Positions 33,223 through 43,887 are shown, counted from the first letter of the stretch. The stretch is DNA of 64,000 bases from an uncultured Chlamydiae bacterium (GCA_963754655.1 CAVWGN010000001.1:1312001-1376000); one strand, 5' to 3'. Notes: a model not told the origin generated them from the sequence alone. Program-made: numbers and translations.

Positions 33223-33682
33223 CTAGTACTCAACCACACTAGTTTTGTGTATTTAGACTCTTCAAAGCCCCGGGGCTAGGGTGTTCATTTTGTGCAAAAA
33301 ATGAGCTTTATTTTTCACAATAATTGGCATAGTTAAATTGAAGGTCGCATGTTTATGCCGTCCTTTCAGGACTCGATGTCTTTTTGATAGAACCCAGGCC
33401 TCCGCTTCGCTGCGACCTGGGCTGTAACATGACGGCCCTTCAGGCCTTAACAAAAAGATGATTTAGGGACTATAGAAGAGGGACTTAAACATCTCTTGTT
33501 AAGGCCTGAAGGGCCGGCCCTTTAAGCCTTAACAAAAGGACTATTTATGGACTATAGAAGAGGGACTTAAACATCTCTTGTTAGGCCTGAAGGGCCGTTA
33601 TGTTACAGCCCAGGTCGCAGCGAAGCGGAGGCCTGGGTTCTATCAAAAAGACATCGAGTCCTGAAAGGACGGCATAAACTAG
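33223..33682. mobile_element. Element D left end plus palindrome B with duplicated core, right side truncated
   Basis: Begins CTAGTACTCAACCACACTAG; B left arm, two core spacers, then B right arm stopping at GGCATAAACTAG. Confidence 0.85.
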
Positions 33683-33751
33683 TCCCACAAATAGTTGGTA
33701 TTCTTTTTGAGAAGAAAGATCATCTTTTTTCCTTCTAGACTTAGGATAGAG

Positions 33752-33900
33752 ATACAAAATCCTCCATGACCGTTCTATAACTTATGGACAAATATACCAT
33801 TCATTACTTCTTGCTTCATCGATACATTGCTAATAGACTTTTGGCCTATCCCACAAGAGGAATCTCCACAAGCGTAAATTCCTGTGGAACTCACGGTACT
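33752..33900 (-). ncRNA. Putative TnpB omega/reRNA (right-end scaffold plus flank-derived guide)
   Basis: Inferred from position only: TnpB guide RNAs overlap the tnpB 3' end and run past the element's right end; boundaries approximate. Confidence 0.4.
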
Positions 33901-34983
33901 CAATTTTAATAAATTTTTGGCTGCATTAATGTCTCTATCGTGTTGTGTACTGCAACGTTGACAGACCCATTCCCTGATGTTCAGCGGCATTTGGATGGCT
34001 TTATGCTGACAATGAGAACAGATTTTTGAAGAAGAATAATACCTTGGCGCTCTTATTAGCTTCGAGCCATACCATTCTGTCTTATAGGCAAGCATGCGTA
34101 TAAATCCGCTCCATCCTGCATCGGCAATCCCTCTACTCAACCTATTCTTTTGCTGCAAAGTTTGTACATCCAAATCTTCAACAACAATAATTGACTTGGT
34201 TTTCGCCAATCTTGTTGATAATTTATGATGGAAATCAGTGCGTTGATTGCCGATTTTTCGATGCTGTCTGGCTAACAAAAGAGATGATTTCTTATAATTA
34301 CTAGAACCCTTTTGTTTGCGACTTTGTTTTTTATTTAACACTCTTATCTTTTTAAGCGATTTATTTAAAGGCTTTGGTGAAATAGTTTTTTCACCTTCTG
34401 AAGTTGTAACAAAAGAGGTTAGCCCGACATCAATGCCAATCGCTGGTCCTTCAACTGGCTGGGAATTTTCTATTTCACACTCTACCGTTACACTAACATA
34501 CCACCGATCTGCTTGACGAGAAACTGTAGCTGAAAGAATTCTTCCTCGTACTTCTGCACACTCTTTAAGTCGAATGATATCCAAACGAGGTAATTGAATG
34601 GATTGCTTATTAACTTTAATGGTTCCCGTTAATCGGAAATGATCGTTGATCCCCTTTCTCTTAAATTTTGGGAATCCTCCTTTCTTACCACTCTTCTGGC
34701 GGTGGAAAAAATTCTGAAAAGCTCGATCAAGATCTCTTAAAGCCTCTTGGGGCGCACATTTTGACACCTCATACATCCAAGAAAATTGTGACCCCTTCAA
34801 ACTATTGAGTAATCGGTGCTGTTCAATAGCGTTAGTAGATATTCCATCTTTTTCATATTTTTCAATTCTTGCAGCAAGCCCCCAGTTATAAGCAAACCGA
34901 GCAGATCCTGCATGCTTGGCTAAGAGGATGCGCTGAGCGATATTCGGCTTTAATTCATGTCGGTAAGCTCTTTTAATTAGCAT
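33775..34983 (-). CDS. tnpB: RNA-guided endonuclease TnpB
   Basis: HAGSARFAYNW, GFPKFK, RuvC motifs GIDVG / VVEDL / DRDINAAKN, zinc finger CSHC..CQRC; start at the ATG overlapping the tnpA end (402 aa). Confidence 0.95.
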   Translation of the reverse strand: MLIKRAYRHELKPNIAQRILLAKHAGSARFAYNWGLAARIEKYEKDGISTNAIEQHRLLNSLKGSQFSWMYEVSKCAPQEALRDLDRAFQNFFHRQKSGKKGGFPKFKRKGINDHFRLTGTIKVNKQSIQLPRLDIIRLKECAEVRGRILSATVSRQADRWYVSVTVECEIENSQPVEGPAIGIDVGLTSFVTTSEGEKTISPKPLNKSLKKIRVLNKKQSRKQKGSSNYKKSSLLLARQHRKIGNQRTDFHHKLSTRLAKTKSIIVVEDLDVQTLQQKNRLSRGIADAGWSGFIRMLAYKTEWYGSKLIRAPRYYSSSKICSHCQHKAIQMPLNIREWVCQRCSTQHDRDINAAKNLLKLSTVSSTGIYACGDSSCGIGQKSISNVSMKQEVMNGIFVHKL

Positions 34984-35539
34984 TTTGCATGGTTTCCAAT
35001 GCTTTTTTAGCTTTGTTCTTTGCCGATCTTCGTCCGTATAGTCTAGCACAAAAAGAAGTTAACACTTCTATCATATCTTGAACTAAATCATCCTTTAACT
35101 CAGAACCATCTGCAACTATTAATTTTCTTCCTTGTGCAGCTAATGCTGACTCCACATATTCAGCACCAAATCTCATCAATCGATCTCGATGTTCGACTAA
35201 AATAATCCGGATCTTTGGATTGTTCAATAATTTTATTAATTTAGGACGATGGCCATTGAGGCCAGAGCCTATTTCTGTTACTGTGTGAGCCACAAGATAG
35301 CCTTTTTGATTGGCAAAAGTGACTAGCCGGCTTACTTGCCCGTTAAGATCATTTTTTTGATCGGCTGAGGACACACGTGCATAGATAGCAACAGCATTTG
35401 GCTCAAGCATTTCCTCTTTGATTAGAATTGTTCCTGTTTTTGTTTGCTCGGCAGGAACAGGGAGTTGTCCTGCTTTGAACCAGCGCCAAGCAGTCCTATA
35501 GCTTATGCCTTGTTTTTTTGCCCATTTACTTAGTTTCAT
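34973..35539 (-). CDS. tnpA: IS607 transposase (N-terminal HTH plus serine recombinase)
   Basis: MKLSKWAKKQGISYRTAWRW HTH, YARVSS, EIGSGLN, EHRDRLMRFG, SFCARLYGRRS. Confidence 0.96.
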   Translation of the reverse strand: MKLSKWAKKQGISYRTAWRWFKAGQLPVPAEQTKTGTILIKEEMLEPNAVAIYARVSSADQKNDLNGQVSRLVTFANQKGYLVAHTVTEIGSGLNGHRPKLIKLLNNPKIRIILVEHRDRLMRFGAEYVESALAAQGRKLIVADGSELKDDLVQDMIEVLTSFCARLYGRRSAKNKAKKALETMQNAN

Positions 35540-35643
35540 GCTAATGAAATATCAAATTCGAACATATATGTCTATAAATTTGTCAACAGTTCGCAGCCCA
35601 CATTCCGCTTCAGGCCTACCGGTCTACAGCGTCAAAACGCATG

Positions 35644-38600
35644 TTAATAGTCTTTTTTCCACTTAATTGACATCCGAATGGGAGTGTCTTCTACAAATCC
35701 TGCTTCAGCTTGGGCTTTGAGATTCTTACGCAATTTAGCCTCAACGGCAATAATGGGAGAAAGCGAGGTCATGCTCTGATTGACGGACACCATAATATCT
35801 TCTGTGATGTGTTTGCCCACTTGTAATCCAAAGTCATTGTTTTCTTGATTAGTATTTGTCGTAAAGTCCAGGCGATCGATTCCAATGTTGTTGCGCAAAC
35901 GAGAAAGGAAATCATCGGAGCTTTTTGTTTGATCACTGGAATTTAAAGAAATGAACGATTGACTGAGTTGGTCTCCTTGATCTTGGGTGATATCAGAAAT
36001 TCCGCGATTAAAAAGAATATAAGATAAAACTTCCCTTTGAGACAAAGGAGGATTAGAGCGAAAGCTAACCACAGGTTTAGTGACAGGTCCTTTCACAATA
36101 ATCTCTGCTGTAATGCGATCAATCTCTTTGCTTGCTACAACATATAAAGTCGTTTTTTTATCAGCTGCACCTGCAAAATGAATGTTGCCTTGACTGAGAT
36201 TAAAGATTTTGCCATTAAAATCATATTCTCCTTGTGCAATGCGTAAATCTCCATGCAATTGTGGATTTTCAGACGTTCCCATCACTGCAATGTTTCCTCT
36301 CCATTCAGTTTTTAAATTTTTGCTTTGGATATAAAAATTTTGAGGGACATTAAGTTTGATATCGAGTTCTATTGCAGAGGCAGTTTCATGTTTTTCTAAA
36401 TAATTGGGTAACGTTTCTCCTTGCGCAACATTGATGTATTTAATATCGATAGTTTTGATTTGCTGAGGCAAAGCCTCTTCTAAGCGGATCGTTGCCTGAT
36501 CAAGTGTTAATTCCCCTTGGAGTTTAGCTTTCTTTGTATTTCCTATTAATTTGAGGGGTCCGCTGACTGAAATAGCGGCATAGTCTGAATCTAAAATAAA
36601 AATGCGAGCAGGATGAATTTGAAACTCAAAAGGAAAATGCTTGCCTGCATCTAAGTTAATTGCTCCGGTTGCTGTAATCAACCCTTTTTTATTGTCTTGA
36701 GCGGAAAATTTCGTTAAAAGCACTCTAGAGCCATCGCCTTCTAAGTGAGCTTGAATATTGTGATAGAGAGCTCCTGTGCTCAAACTTTCATAGGCTCCGT
36801 TGACTAAGTCAATTGTTCCTTTAATTTGTGGCGCATCCATTTGACCCCCTACTCTTAAGGCAATTTTTGTATGCCCAGAAAGATTAGTCGTATCATGGTA
36901 AAAGAGGTGTAAATAGGGATCTAATTCTCCTTCAGCATTTAAGGTAAGGTCGAAGAGAAGACGAGGATCTTTTTTTAGATTCAAAGGATCTAGGCTTAAA
37001 CTAAAGGGTAAATGACCCGAAATCAATAGAGGACTACGGCCAATACCGTTTAACTCACTCTTAAGTTGTACTCCTTTTTCATTTAAACTCAAAAGCAGCT
37101 GTCCTGCTAGATGGGATTTTTGAGCAAAAATATCTTCTGTAATTTGAATATTATGCAGATAGATTTGAAGTTCACCCTTAGGTTGATGGACATTTCCTTC
37201 TAAGTGTCCTTGGAAACTAGCTCGCCCTACCAAAGGAAGATCTGGAGCAATAAAATGGAAAAACTCTGAGGGGATGGCATTGGTTTTAAAACTGCTCGTC
37301 ACTTCTTGATGATCGCGGTGAAATTCGCCTTGAATTTCAGCTTCTCCCCATTGCAACCACAGTCCTGCTAAGTGCAGATCATGAGCATGCTGCAACACAT
37401 AAACAGGTTGTTTAAGTTGTAGAGGATAAGGTCCAAATCGACCGCTCAAGTGCTGTGCCTGCACTTCTAGATTTTCATGTTGGTAATGCCAATTACCCGC
37501 AACATCAAATAACAAATCTTCTTTCCAAATTCCTTTTCCCTGGATCTGAAAAGGCCAATGGGATTGCGAAGGATGAATAGTTGTAGAACCCAAGAGTTCA
37601 GGCAAACGGAGAGATGATGTTTGAATATCATGGATAGCAAATTGAAGGCTGCCTTCAATAGATTCAAGAGGATGTTGTAAATTGACCTTTCCTGTTGCTT
37701 TTGATGCTTCACCTTCCGGCCATTGAATATGTTGAGCTTTCCAATCGGCTGAAATATGGCTCAGATTGCGCTGAGCAAGATTTAGGGTTTGAATAGAATG
37801 CGTCGTGCATTGGCCAACAAAATAATCCTTCCAATGGATGCCCTGTCCTTCAAGGAATGTGTGAACTTGAAAAAAATCGGTCCCTTCTTTTAGAGGATCT
37901 AAATGTAAATTAAGGACGAGCTGCTGAGCTTGCCAATCCATCCAGCGCAGCTTTCTTCCCATAAATTCAGCATGGAAACCCTGCCTTTTTTGATGATTGG
38001 AATCAACTACAGATGCCAGTTGCACTTTAAATTTGCCCTCGCCATTGATCGGAGAAGGTAAAAAATTTGTGATCTCACTCAGATTGCCTGTATGAGCCTC
38101 TAAGAAGCCTTCCCAAATAAAATCGGAAGCAGAACAAGTCATTTCACCTTCTATAAGCGAATGCATGGCGTCGATTTGCAAATGTGAAAGGGTTAAACGC
38201 TTTTGATTATTCCAATCCCATGAACTTGCAAATTTCCAGGGGATAGTTTGATAATCGAAAGATAGGGTCAACCCCCCATTTAGAGACTGATTGCGAGGAG
38301 ATGCTTGGAAAGTTGACTGAATGTTTTGAAAGAGTTGTTGCGCTATCAGAAGATGGGGGCTTTCAATATTCAATAAAAAAGAAGGCGCTATTAAGGGGCC
38401 GCTGACATGTCCTTCAATGGCAATCTTGCCTTGAATATCCTTTGCAAGCCACGCCTGAAAGCGATTGAGATGGTGGATTTCTCCTTGAAAATGCCCTTGT
38501 TGAATTTCACCGGAGGCATTGACAATAGCCCCTCCCTTTAAGAAGAAGCTCGGATTATTCATTTTTAAATCGATCAATTCTATTTCTTTTTTAGATTTCA

Positions 38601-39510
38601 AAAGATATCGACTTCGCACAATTGTTTGCTCTCCAACCAAACAAGAAAGCAATGTAGCGTCTTCAATAGGTGATTGAAGAGTGAGTTTAAAATGCCCTTC
38701 AATGGGTTTTTCTTGTTGTAAAGGATCTTGAACTAGCCTTTGCCATGCCGATACTGGTGCAGAAGCATATAATGCCAAATGAGCTTTTATGTTAGAAGGC
38801 AGGGTGTGATCTAGGGTTCGCAAGGGAAGATGATTAGAGTGAAAAGAAAGAGAGAGTTGATGATTTTGCGTATCGACTCCTAAGCTACAGGGAAATACAT
38901 CGTTTTGATCACTCTTTGCCGTAAGGAGTAAATGAGCAGTTAGCGCTGATTTAAATGGATTATTGCTAAGCATTCCTTGTAAGCTAAAAGATGCTTGTTT
39001 AATCACCTGGTTAACCTCTTGAGGGAAATTAAACGCGTTAAGGATAACTGGATCAAACTTTAATCTTTGAATATCAATATTTTCAAATTTGACATAAAAG
39101 GGTAAGGGGGGAGTGTCCCAAGGAACAGATCGCTCACTATGAGACATGTCTGAATCATGAGGCAATTGAAAAATGTCAATGCCAGAGGCTTGTAGCTTTG
39201 AAAAGATCACTCTTCCTTGGAGCAACTTAGAATAGGTGCAAGAAAGTTCTAGATTTTGAATGGCAAGAACAGAATGATTGTCTTGCTTAATGATGACATC
39301 TTCAAGGCTCAATTTAAGTGGAAATGAAAAATGAAAATTCTTGATTTGAATTTGAGTTTGAGTGGTGCGTTCAACATAGTTCTTCACTTCGGCAAAAGCC
39401 CATTGTTGTCCCTTTTCTGTTTGGAGTGTAGTCAGAATCATTACCCAAAAAATCAATATCACTAAGAGAAAGCTGAGCAAACATTTTCCAAAAAATTTAA
39501 GAATCCTCAT
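35644..39510 (-). CDS. tamB: Translocation and assembly module TamB (DUF490-like)
   Basis: N-terminal anchor, beta-rich body, C-terminal SNPPLSQREVLSYILF..GIDRL..VGKHI..WKKDY; downstream of a TamA-like gene. Confidence 0.9.
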   Translation of the reverse strand: MRILKFFGKCLLSFLLVILIFWVMILTTLQTEKGQQWAFAEVKNYVERTTQTQIQIKNFHFSFPLKLSLEDVIIKQDNHSVLAIQNLELSCTYSKLLQGRVIFSKLQASGIDIFQLPHDSDMSHSERSVPWDTPPLPFYVKFENIDIQRLKFDPVILNAFNFPQEVNQVIKQASFSLQGMLSNNPFKSALTAHLLLTAKSDQNDVFPCSLGVDTQNHQLSLSFHSNHLPLRTLDHTLPSNIKAHLALYASAPVSAWQRLVQDPLQQEKPIEGHFKLTLQSPIEDATLLSCLVGEQTIVRSRYLLKSKKEIELIDLKMNNPSFFLKGGAIVNASGEIQQGHFQGEIHHLNRFQAWLAKDIQGKIAIEGHVSGPLIAPSFLLNIESPHLLIAQQLFQNIQSTFQASPRNQSLNGGLTLSFDYQTIPWKFASSWDWNNQKRLTLSHLQIDAMHSLIEGEMTCSASDFIWEGFLEAHTGNLSEITNFLPSPINGEGKFKVQLASVVDSNHQKRQGFHAEFMGRKLRWMDWQAQQLVLNLHLDPLKEGTDFFQVHTFLEGQGIHWKDYFVGQCTTHSIQTLNLAQRNLSHISADWKAQHIQWPEGEASKATGKVNLQHPLESIEGSLQFAIHDIQTSSLRLPELLGSTTIHPSQSHWPFQIQGKGIWKEDLLFDVAGNWHYQHENLEVQAQHLSGRFGPYPLQLKQPVYVLQHAHDLHLAGLWLQWGEAEIQGEFHRDHQEVTSSFKTNAIPSEFFHFIAPDLPLVGRASFQGHLEGNVHQPKGELQIYLHNIQITEDIFAQKSHLAGQLLLSLNEKGVQLKSELNGIGRSPLLISGHLPFSLSLDPLNLKKDPRLLFDLTLNAEGELDPYLHLFYHDTTNLSGHTKIALRVGGQMDAPQIKGTIDLVNGAYESLSTGALYHNIQAHLEGDGSRVLLTKFSAQDNKKGLITATGAINLDAGKHFPFEFQIHPARIFILDSDYAAISVSGPLKLIGNTKKAKLQGELTLDQATIRLEEALPQQIKTIDIKYINVAQGETLPNYLEKHETASAIELDIKLNVPQNFYIQSKNLKTEWRGNIAVMGTSENPQLHGDLRIAQGEYDFNGKIFNLSQGNIHFAGAADKKTTLYVVASKEIDRITAEIIVKGPVTKPVVSFRSNPPLSQREVLSYILFNRGISDITQDQGDQLSQSFISLNSSDQTKSSDDFLSRLRNNIGIDRLDFTTNTNQENNDFGLQVGKHITEDIMVSVNQSMTSLSPIIAVEAKLRKNLKAQAEAGFVEDTPIRMSIKWKKDY

Positions 39511-39535
39511 CTTTTCTCCTTTTTCTCTTTTTTAA

Positions 39536-41344
39536 CTAAAATGATTGTCCAATACTAAAATAAGCTTCAAACGATTTATCGATATGGCGTTTATTAAGAG
39601 GGAAAGCAAGATCTAAGCGTAAGGGGCCAACGGGTGTATAATAGCGAATTCCCAAACCTACAGATTGGCGAATGCCATGTTTGAAATCAGGATAGGGTTG
39701 CATATAGACATTTCCAATATCATAAAAGAGGGTTAAGCCAAAATTTTCCCCAATGCGATTGCGCAATTCCAGAGAATAAATCAACATAGAGCGTCCCCCT
39801 AAGGGCTTATCATGCCTCAAAGGACTTACTGTCAAATAACGATAACCGCGTAAAGTTGACTCAGATCCTGCATAAAAACGCTCAGGAGGAGGAATTTCAT
39901 GCTTACTGGCTCCAAAAATAGAGCCCAACATCAACTTTGCAGCAAACACATGACGCTTATCTTTTGTCAAAGCTTGATAAATTGTCCCTATAAACATATT
40001 GATGCAATAGGCAAATTGAGGGCGAAGAATTTGAAAAGAGGGGATCGTCTTGAGCTGTATCGTTCCCCCTTTGGTCGGTTCCAAAATGCTATCTGCATTG
40101 CTCCAACGTAACTGAAGAGGGACTTTTAATAAATTAAAGGTTCCATTGAAATCGGAGCGTTGGCTGCGTAATCTCTTATACATTCCGCCATAAGAAATAC
40201 GAAGGTGGTCATTAATTTTGCGCTCAATCGTTCCTGAAAAAGAGGTGGCATTTTCGGTAAATGACTTGGTACGGTCGTGATGATAATCAAGCAACCAAAT
40301 TAAATTTTGATCTTGCCTTCCGAAATCGGGTATTAAATAAGTAACGCTTCCTTCTTGCAGCTTTTGCCAAAGGTCTGTTCGAATGCTGAGTTTTTGTCCC
40401 TCACCCAAAATGTTGCGGTCCTCCCATTCTGCAGTAATGCCAGGACCTAATGAAGTTGTATAGTTAAGGCCAAACCCAATGCTGCGCTGCTTGCCTTCCA
40501 ATACAGAAATCTCAATGGGAATTAAATTGCCATCAGCAGGTTCTTCTGCATGCTTAATATTGACAGAGCGAAAGAGACCGGAAAGTTCTAATGCTTCCTG
40601 TGTCTTCTCAATGGCTTTAGGATGATATAAATTTCCTTCACGCCACCGAAGCTTTTTATAGAAAAAACCTTCTTTTACTCTCTCTAGTCCAGTGATTTTA
40701 AGAGGACCAAAATAGCTCAAAGGACCTGTTTCAACTACAATCCAGATAATGACATTTTTTGCTTGTTGATCAGCAAAAGCATCGCGCTTTTTAATTGAAG
40801 CAAAGGCAAAGCCTGCCAAATTGAGTTTATCTAGTAAAAGATCTTCAGCTGTCAGAATTGTCTCAGGCAAGGCAGGTGCCCCCAAGGTGACTTTGAGATC
40901 TTCAAGAGGAATGGGGTACGGAAGCTTATCTTCGGAGATTTCTTCGCCATTTTGTAAGTAACGTATATTAAAAGCTGCAAATGGATAAACAGGACCTGGC
41001 TGAATGTGGACAATGACACGTGAGCGAGTGGGATCGGTTGAAAAATTGACTTGAGCGCCATAGTAAGCTTGGCTATGCAAGGCCTGAATAATATTTGTCA
41101 TATCGCCCTCAGCGCGTCGTTTGAGTCCAAGTAAAGTAGCGGGAGGCGAGGCTTTCAATTTTTCAAGCTGAGAAGCAGCTTGAACTAATTGTAATAAGTC
41201 TGGTTCGTTAATTCCTTCAAATACAACATCATAAGACCAAAGAGTAGAATTAAAAACACAAAAAAAGACTATCCAAATAAACACTCTTATTTTAGAGTGG
41301 GAGGTTCTTTTTACGAAATGATAAGTAGTAGGTTTTAAATCCAT
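39536..41344 (-). CDS. tamA: Omp85-family TamA-like outer-membrane protein
   Basis: POTRA-like region, RFYAGSESTLRGY, YYTPVGPLRLDLAFP, terminal IGQSF. Confidence 0.88.
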   Translation of the reverse strand: MDLKPTTYHFVKRTSHSKIRVFIWIVFFCVFNSTLWSYDVVFEGINEPDLLQLVQAASQLEKLKASPPATLLGLKRRAEGDMTNIIQALHSQAYYGAQVNFSTDPTRSRVIVHIQPGPVYPFAAFNIRYLQNGEEISEDKLPYPIPLEDLKVTLGAPALPETILTAEDLLLDKLNLAGFAFASIKKRDAFADQQAKNVIIWIVVETGPLSYFGPLKITGLERVKEGFFYKKLRWREGNLYHPKAIEKTQEALELSGLFRSVNIKHAEEPADGNLIPIEISVLEGKQRSIGFGLNYTTSLGPGITAEWEDRNILGEGQKLSIRTDLWQKLQEGSVTYLIPDFGRQDQNLIWLLDYHHDRTKSFTENATSFSGTIERKINDHLRISYGGMYKRLRSQRSDFNGTFNLLKVPLQLRWSNADSILEPTKGGTIQLKTIPSFQILRPQFAYCINMFIGTIYQALTKDKRHVFAAKLMLGSIFGASKHEIPPPERFYAGSESTLRGYRYLTVSPLRHDKPLGGRSMLIYSLELRNRIGENFGLTLFYDIGNVYMQPYPDFKHGIRQSVGLGIRYYTPVGPLRLDLAFPLNKRHIDKSFEAYFSIGQSF

Positions 41345-41430
41345 GAGGCAGTCACATAAATGTTTAACTTAGAATATTATAAAATGACTGGAAATAAAAA
41401 AACCCTCTTTTTTATTTTTATGAGAGTTTT

Positions 41431-42732
41431 ATGAAAGAACGTCCCTCTAGTCAAAAAATTTATCAACAGATGTGCCAGGTAATTCCGGGAGGAGTGAATT
41501 CTCCCGTTCGTTCCTGTAAAAGCATGGGGCAGGTGCCGTTGGTTGCCGATCGTGCTTACCGCGATAAGGTTATCGATGCAGATGGTCATGAATATATTGA
41601 TTACTGCGGATCATGGGGTGCGCTTATTCATGGACATGCTCATCCAATCATTCTTGAAGCAGTGCGCAAGCGCTTGGAAAAAGGAACGAGTTTTGGGATT
41701 ACGACTTCTCTAGAAGGAGAACTAGCGCATGAAGTTGTCAATCGCATCGATTCTGTTGAAAAAATTCGCTTTGTTTCTTCCGGAACTGAAGCCACGATGA
41801 CGGTTGCACGTTTAGCCAGAGGATTTACTAAACGGGAGATGATTGTCAAATTTAGCGGCAACTATCATGGGCATGCCGATTTTTTTCTTGTGCAGGCAGG
41901 GTCGGGAGTATTAGAAGTGTCGCCTACAGCCTCTTCCGCGGGCATTCCTGAAGACATTGTCAAACACACTGCGAGTTTGCCATATAATGATATCGAGGCT
42001 TGTCAAAGACTTTTTTCTGATTCTGATTATCGCAATCGCATTGCGGCCGTTATCTTAGAGCCCATTGCAGGCAATATGGGTGTTATTCCTGCTGATCCTG
42101 CTTTCATTCAGTTTCTAAGGAATGAAACAGAGAAAATAGGAGCTTTGCTTATCTTTGATGAAGTCATGACAGGGTTCCGCGTTGATGCGAAAGGAGCTCA
42201 AAAGCTGTATGCAGTTAAACCCGATTTGACTTGCTTTGGAAAAATCATTGGCGGAGGATTTCCGGCAGCAGCTTTTGGAGGACGCAAGGAAGTGATGGAT
42301 TGCCTTGCGCCGCTTGGAGCAGTCTACCAAGCGGGAACGTTGTCCGGCAATCCCATTGCAATGGAAGCTGGATTGCAAAGCTTGCGCCTTTTGCAGCGTC
42401 CTGGATTCTATGATGACCTGCAACGCAAGGTTGACCGCCTTTTAGAGCCAATCAAGGCGAGGATTAAGAAAAAAGAATGGAATGCATGCATTCAGCAGGT
42501 GGGCTCGATGTTTACCTTTTTCTTTGGAAAAAAACAGGTACGCAATTTGCAAGAAGCATTAGAAGTGGATAGTGCCTTATTTGCTCGTTTTTTCCGCACC
42601 ATGTTCGATCAGGGAATTTATATTCCGCCGTCTCCGCATGAAGCTTGGTTTATTTCAGATGCACATGAAGACAAAAACTTGGATCAGACAAGAGAGGCTG
42701 TGTTAGCTTTTATGGAAGAGGCTTATGCATAG
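41431..42732 (+). CDS. hemL: Glutamate-1-semialdehyde 2,1-aminomutase
   Basis: IPGGVNSPVR, SSGTEATM, YHGHAD, FDEVMTGFR, FGKIIGGG, YQAGTLSGNP. Confidence 0.97.
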   Translation: MKERPSSQKIYQQMCQVIPGGVNSPVRSCKSMGQVPLVADRAYRDKVIDADGHEYIDYCGSWGALIHGHAHPIILEAVRKRLEKGTSFGITTSLEGELAHEVVNRIDSVEKIRFVSSGTEATMTVARLARGFTKREMIVKFSGNYHGHADFFLVQAGSGVLEVSPTASSAGIPEDIVKHTASLPYNDIEACQRLFSDSDYRNRIAAVILEPIAGNMGVIPADPAFIQFLRNETEKIGALLIFDEVMTGFRVDAKGAQKLYAVKPDLTCFGKIIGGGFPAAAFGGRKEVMDCLAPLGAVYQAGTLSGNPIAMEAGLQSLRLLQRPGFYDDLQRKVDRLLEPIKARIKKKEWNACIQQVGSMFTFFFGKKQVRNLQEALEVDSALFARFFRTMFDQGIYIPPSPHEAWFISDAHEDKNLDQTREAVLAFMEEAYA

Positions 42733-43887
42733 TGCATATGGATTCTACAAACGAACTGGTGGAAGGGACTATTAGCCCCTATTTTCATTAATGTAACTTC
42801 AGTTGTTGTTGTAGGGAGTATTCTCATTGGAACGACAACTCTCATGATGGACACGAGTCTATATCTTTTACTTAAAGAATATTCTAATTTTTATTTCTGG
42901 ATTTTAACTTTTTTGATTACTACTCTTATTACAATTAGTATGAAGGATTTGCACTCACTCTTTATTGCGAAACACACGGGTTTGTAAAACCAAACTTATT
43001 CTTCCTTCTTTTTCTCGCATTTGGTTAGGTTTAAATCCTGCAAATTTACTTAGCGTTGCTATTGCTTTTTTTCCATATTTGCCAATGAATAGGATAAGCA
43101 TGCAGAGTCTTTTTACTAAAAATATTTGACCAAACATGCTATTTAGCTTGTTTACTTATTGAGCATTTAACTTTTGAATTTTGCAAGTATCTCTAAAGTA
43201 TTCAAGATCACGATCTTCAATATAAATTATCCTTTTAATTATGGTATGCTTTTGTTAGTGTAACTAAAGCTCTATAAAATTTTTTTTGAATCAATGTTTA
43301 AATTTAAAAAGGAATTATATGAATGTAGGAAGTTTAACTAGTCATAATTTCAGTGCGGAGCTAATAGCACCTTCCACTTCTAAGGCAAAAAAGATTAAGA
43401 AAAAATGGACGGCGGCTGAAAATACTCAATTAACTCAGTATGTTCAAGAATTTGGAAAAAATTGGAAGAAAATTGCACAGCACATGGTTGATAAAGATCC
43501 TACTCAATGTAATCTTCATTGGATACGTGAATTGAAGCCTACCCTCACAAATGGAAGAAGATATGGAAAATGGTCAGCAGAAGAAAATGAGCAATTGAAA
43601 AAGCTCGTGAATCAGCACAAGAAAAATTGGGTAGAGATAGCCAAACACATTCCCGGTAGGACGAATAATCAGTGCAGGGCACATTATGAGAGGCTTTTAA
43701 GACCAGATATCAATCATGGACTTTGGACAGCAGAAGAAGATGAGCGATTACAGGAAGCCGTTCAACGCATCGGATTTGGCGCGTGGGGGCAATGGAGTGC
43801 CATTGCAAATGAGTTGCCTAATAGACTCGCTTTTCAATGCTCAAACCGCTGGTACACATTGAATAAAAAATCCAATAAGCATACTAG

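Larger units (their letters stand above)
33770..35598 (-). mobile_element. IS607-family insertion sequence
   Basis: Serine-recombinase tnpA overlapping tnpB; GG at both junctions on the minus strand (TGGG|CTGCGAACTG and TTATAGAACGG|TCATG); short GACA(A/T)AT motifs at both ends; no long TIR. Confidence 0.9.

Noticed and set aside
33262..33453. 63-aa ORF and its near-identical twin at 60813-61001
   Set aside because: Identity comes from the repeated B arm; TTG starts and no independent coding evidence
34984..35049. 22-aa N-terminal extension of the TnpB ORF
   Set aside because: Lies inside tnpA; the ATG at 34983 overlapping the tnpA end fits the usual coupled start
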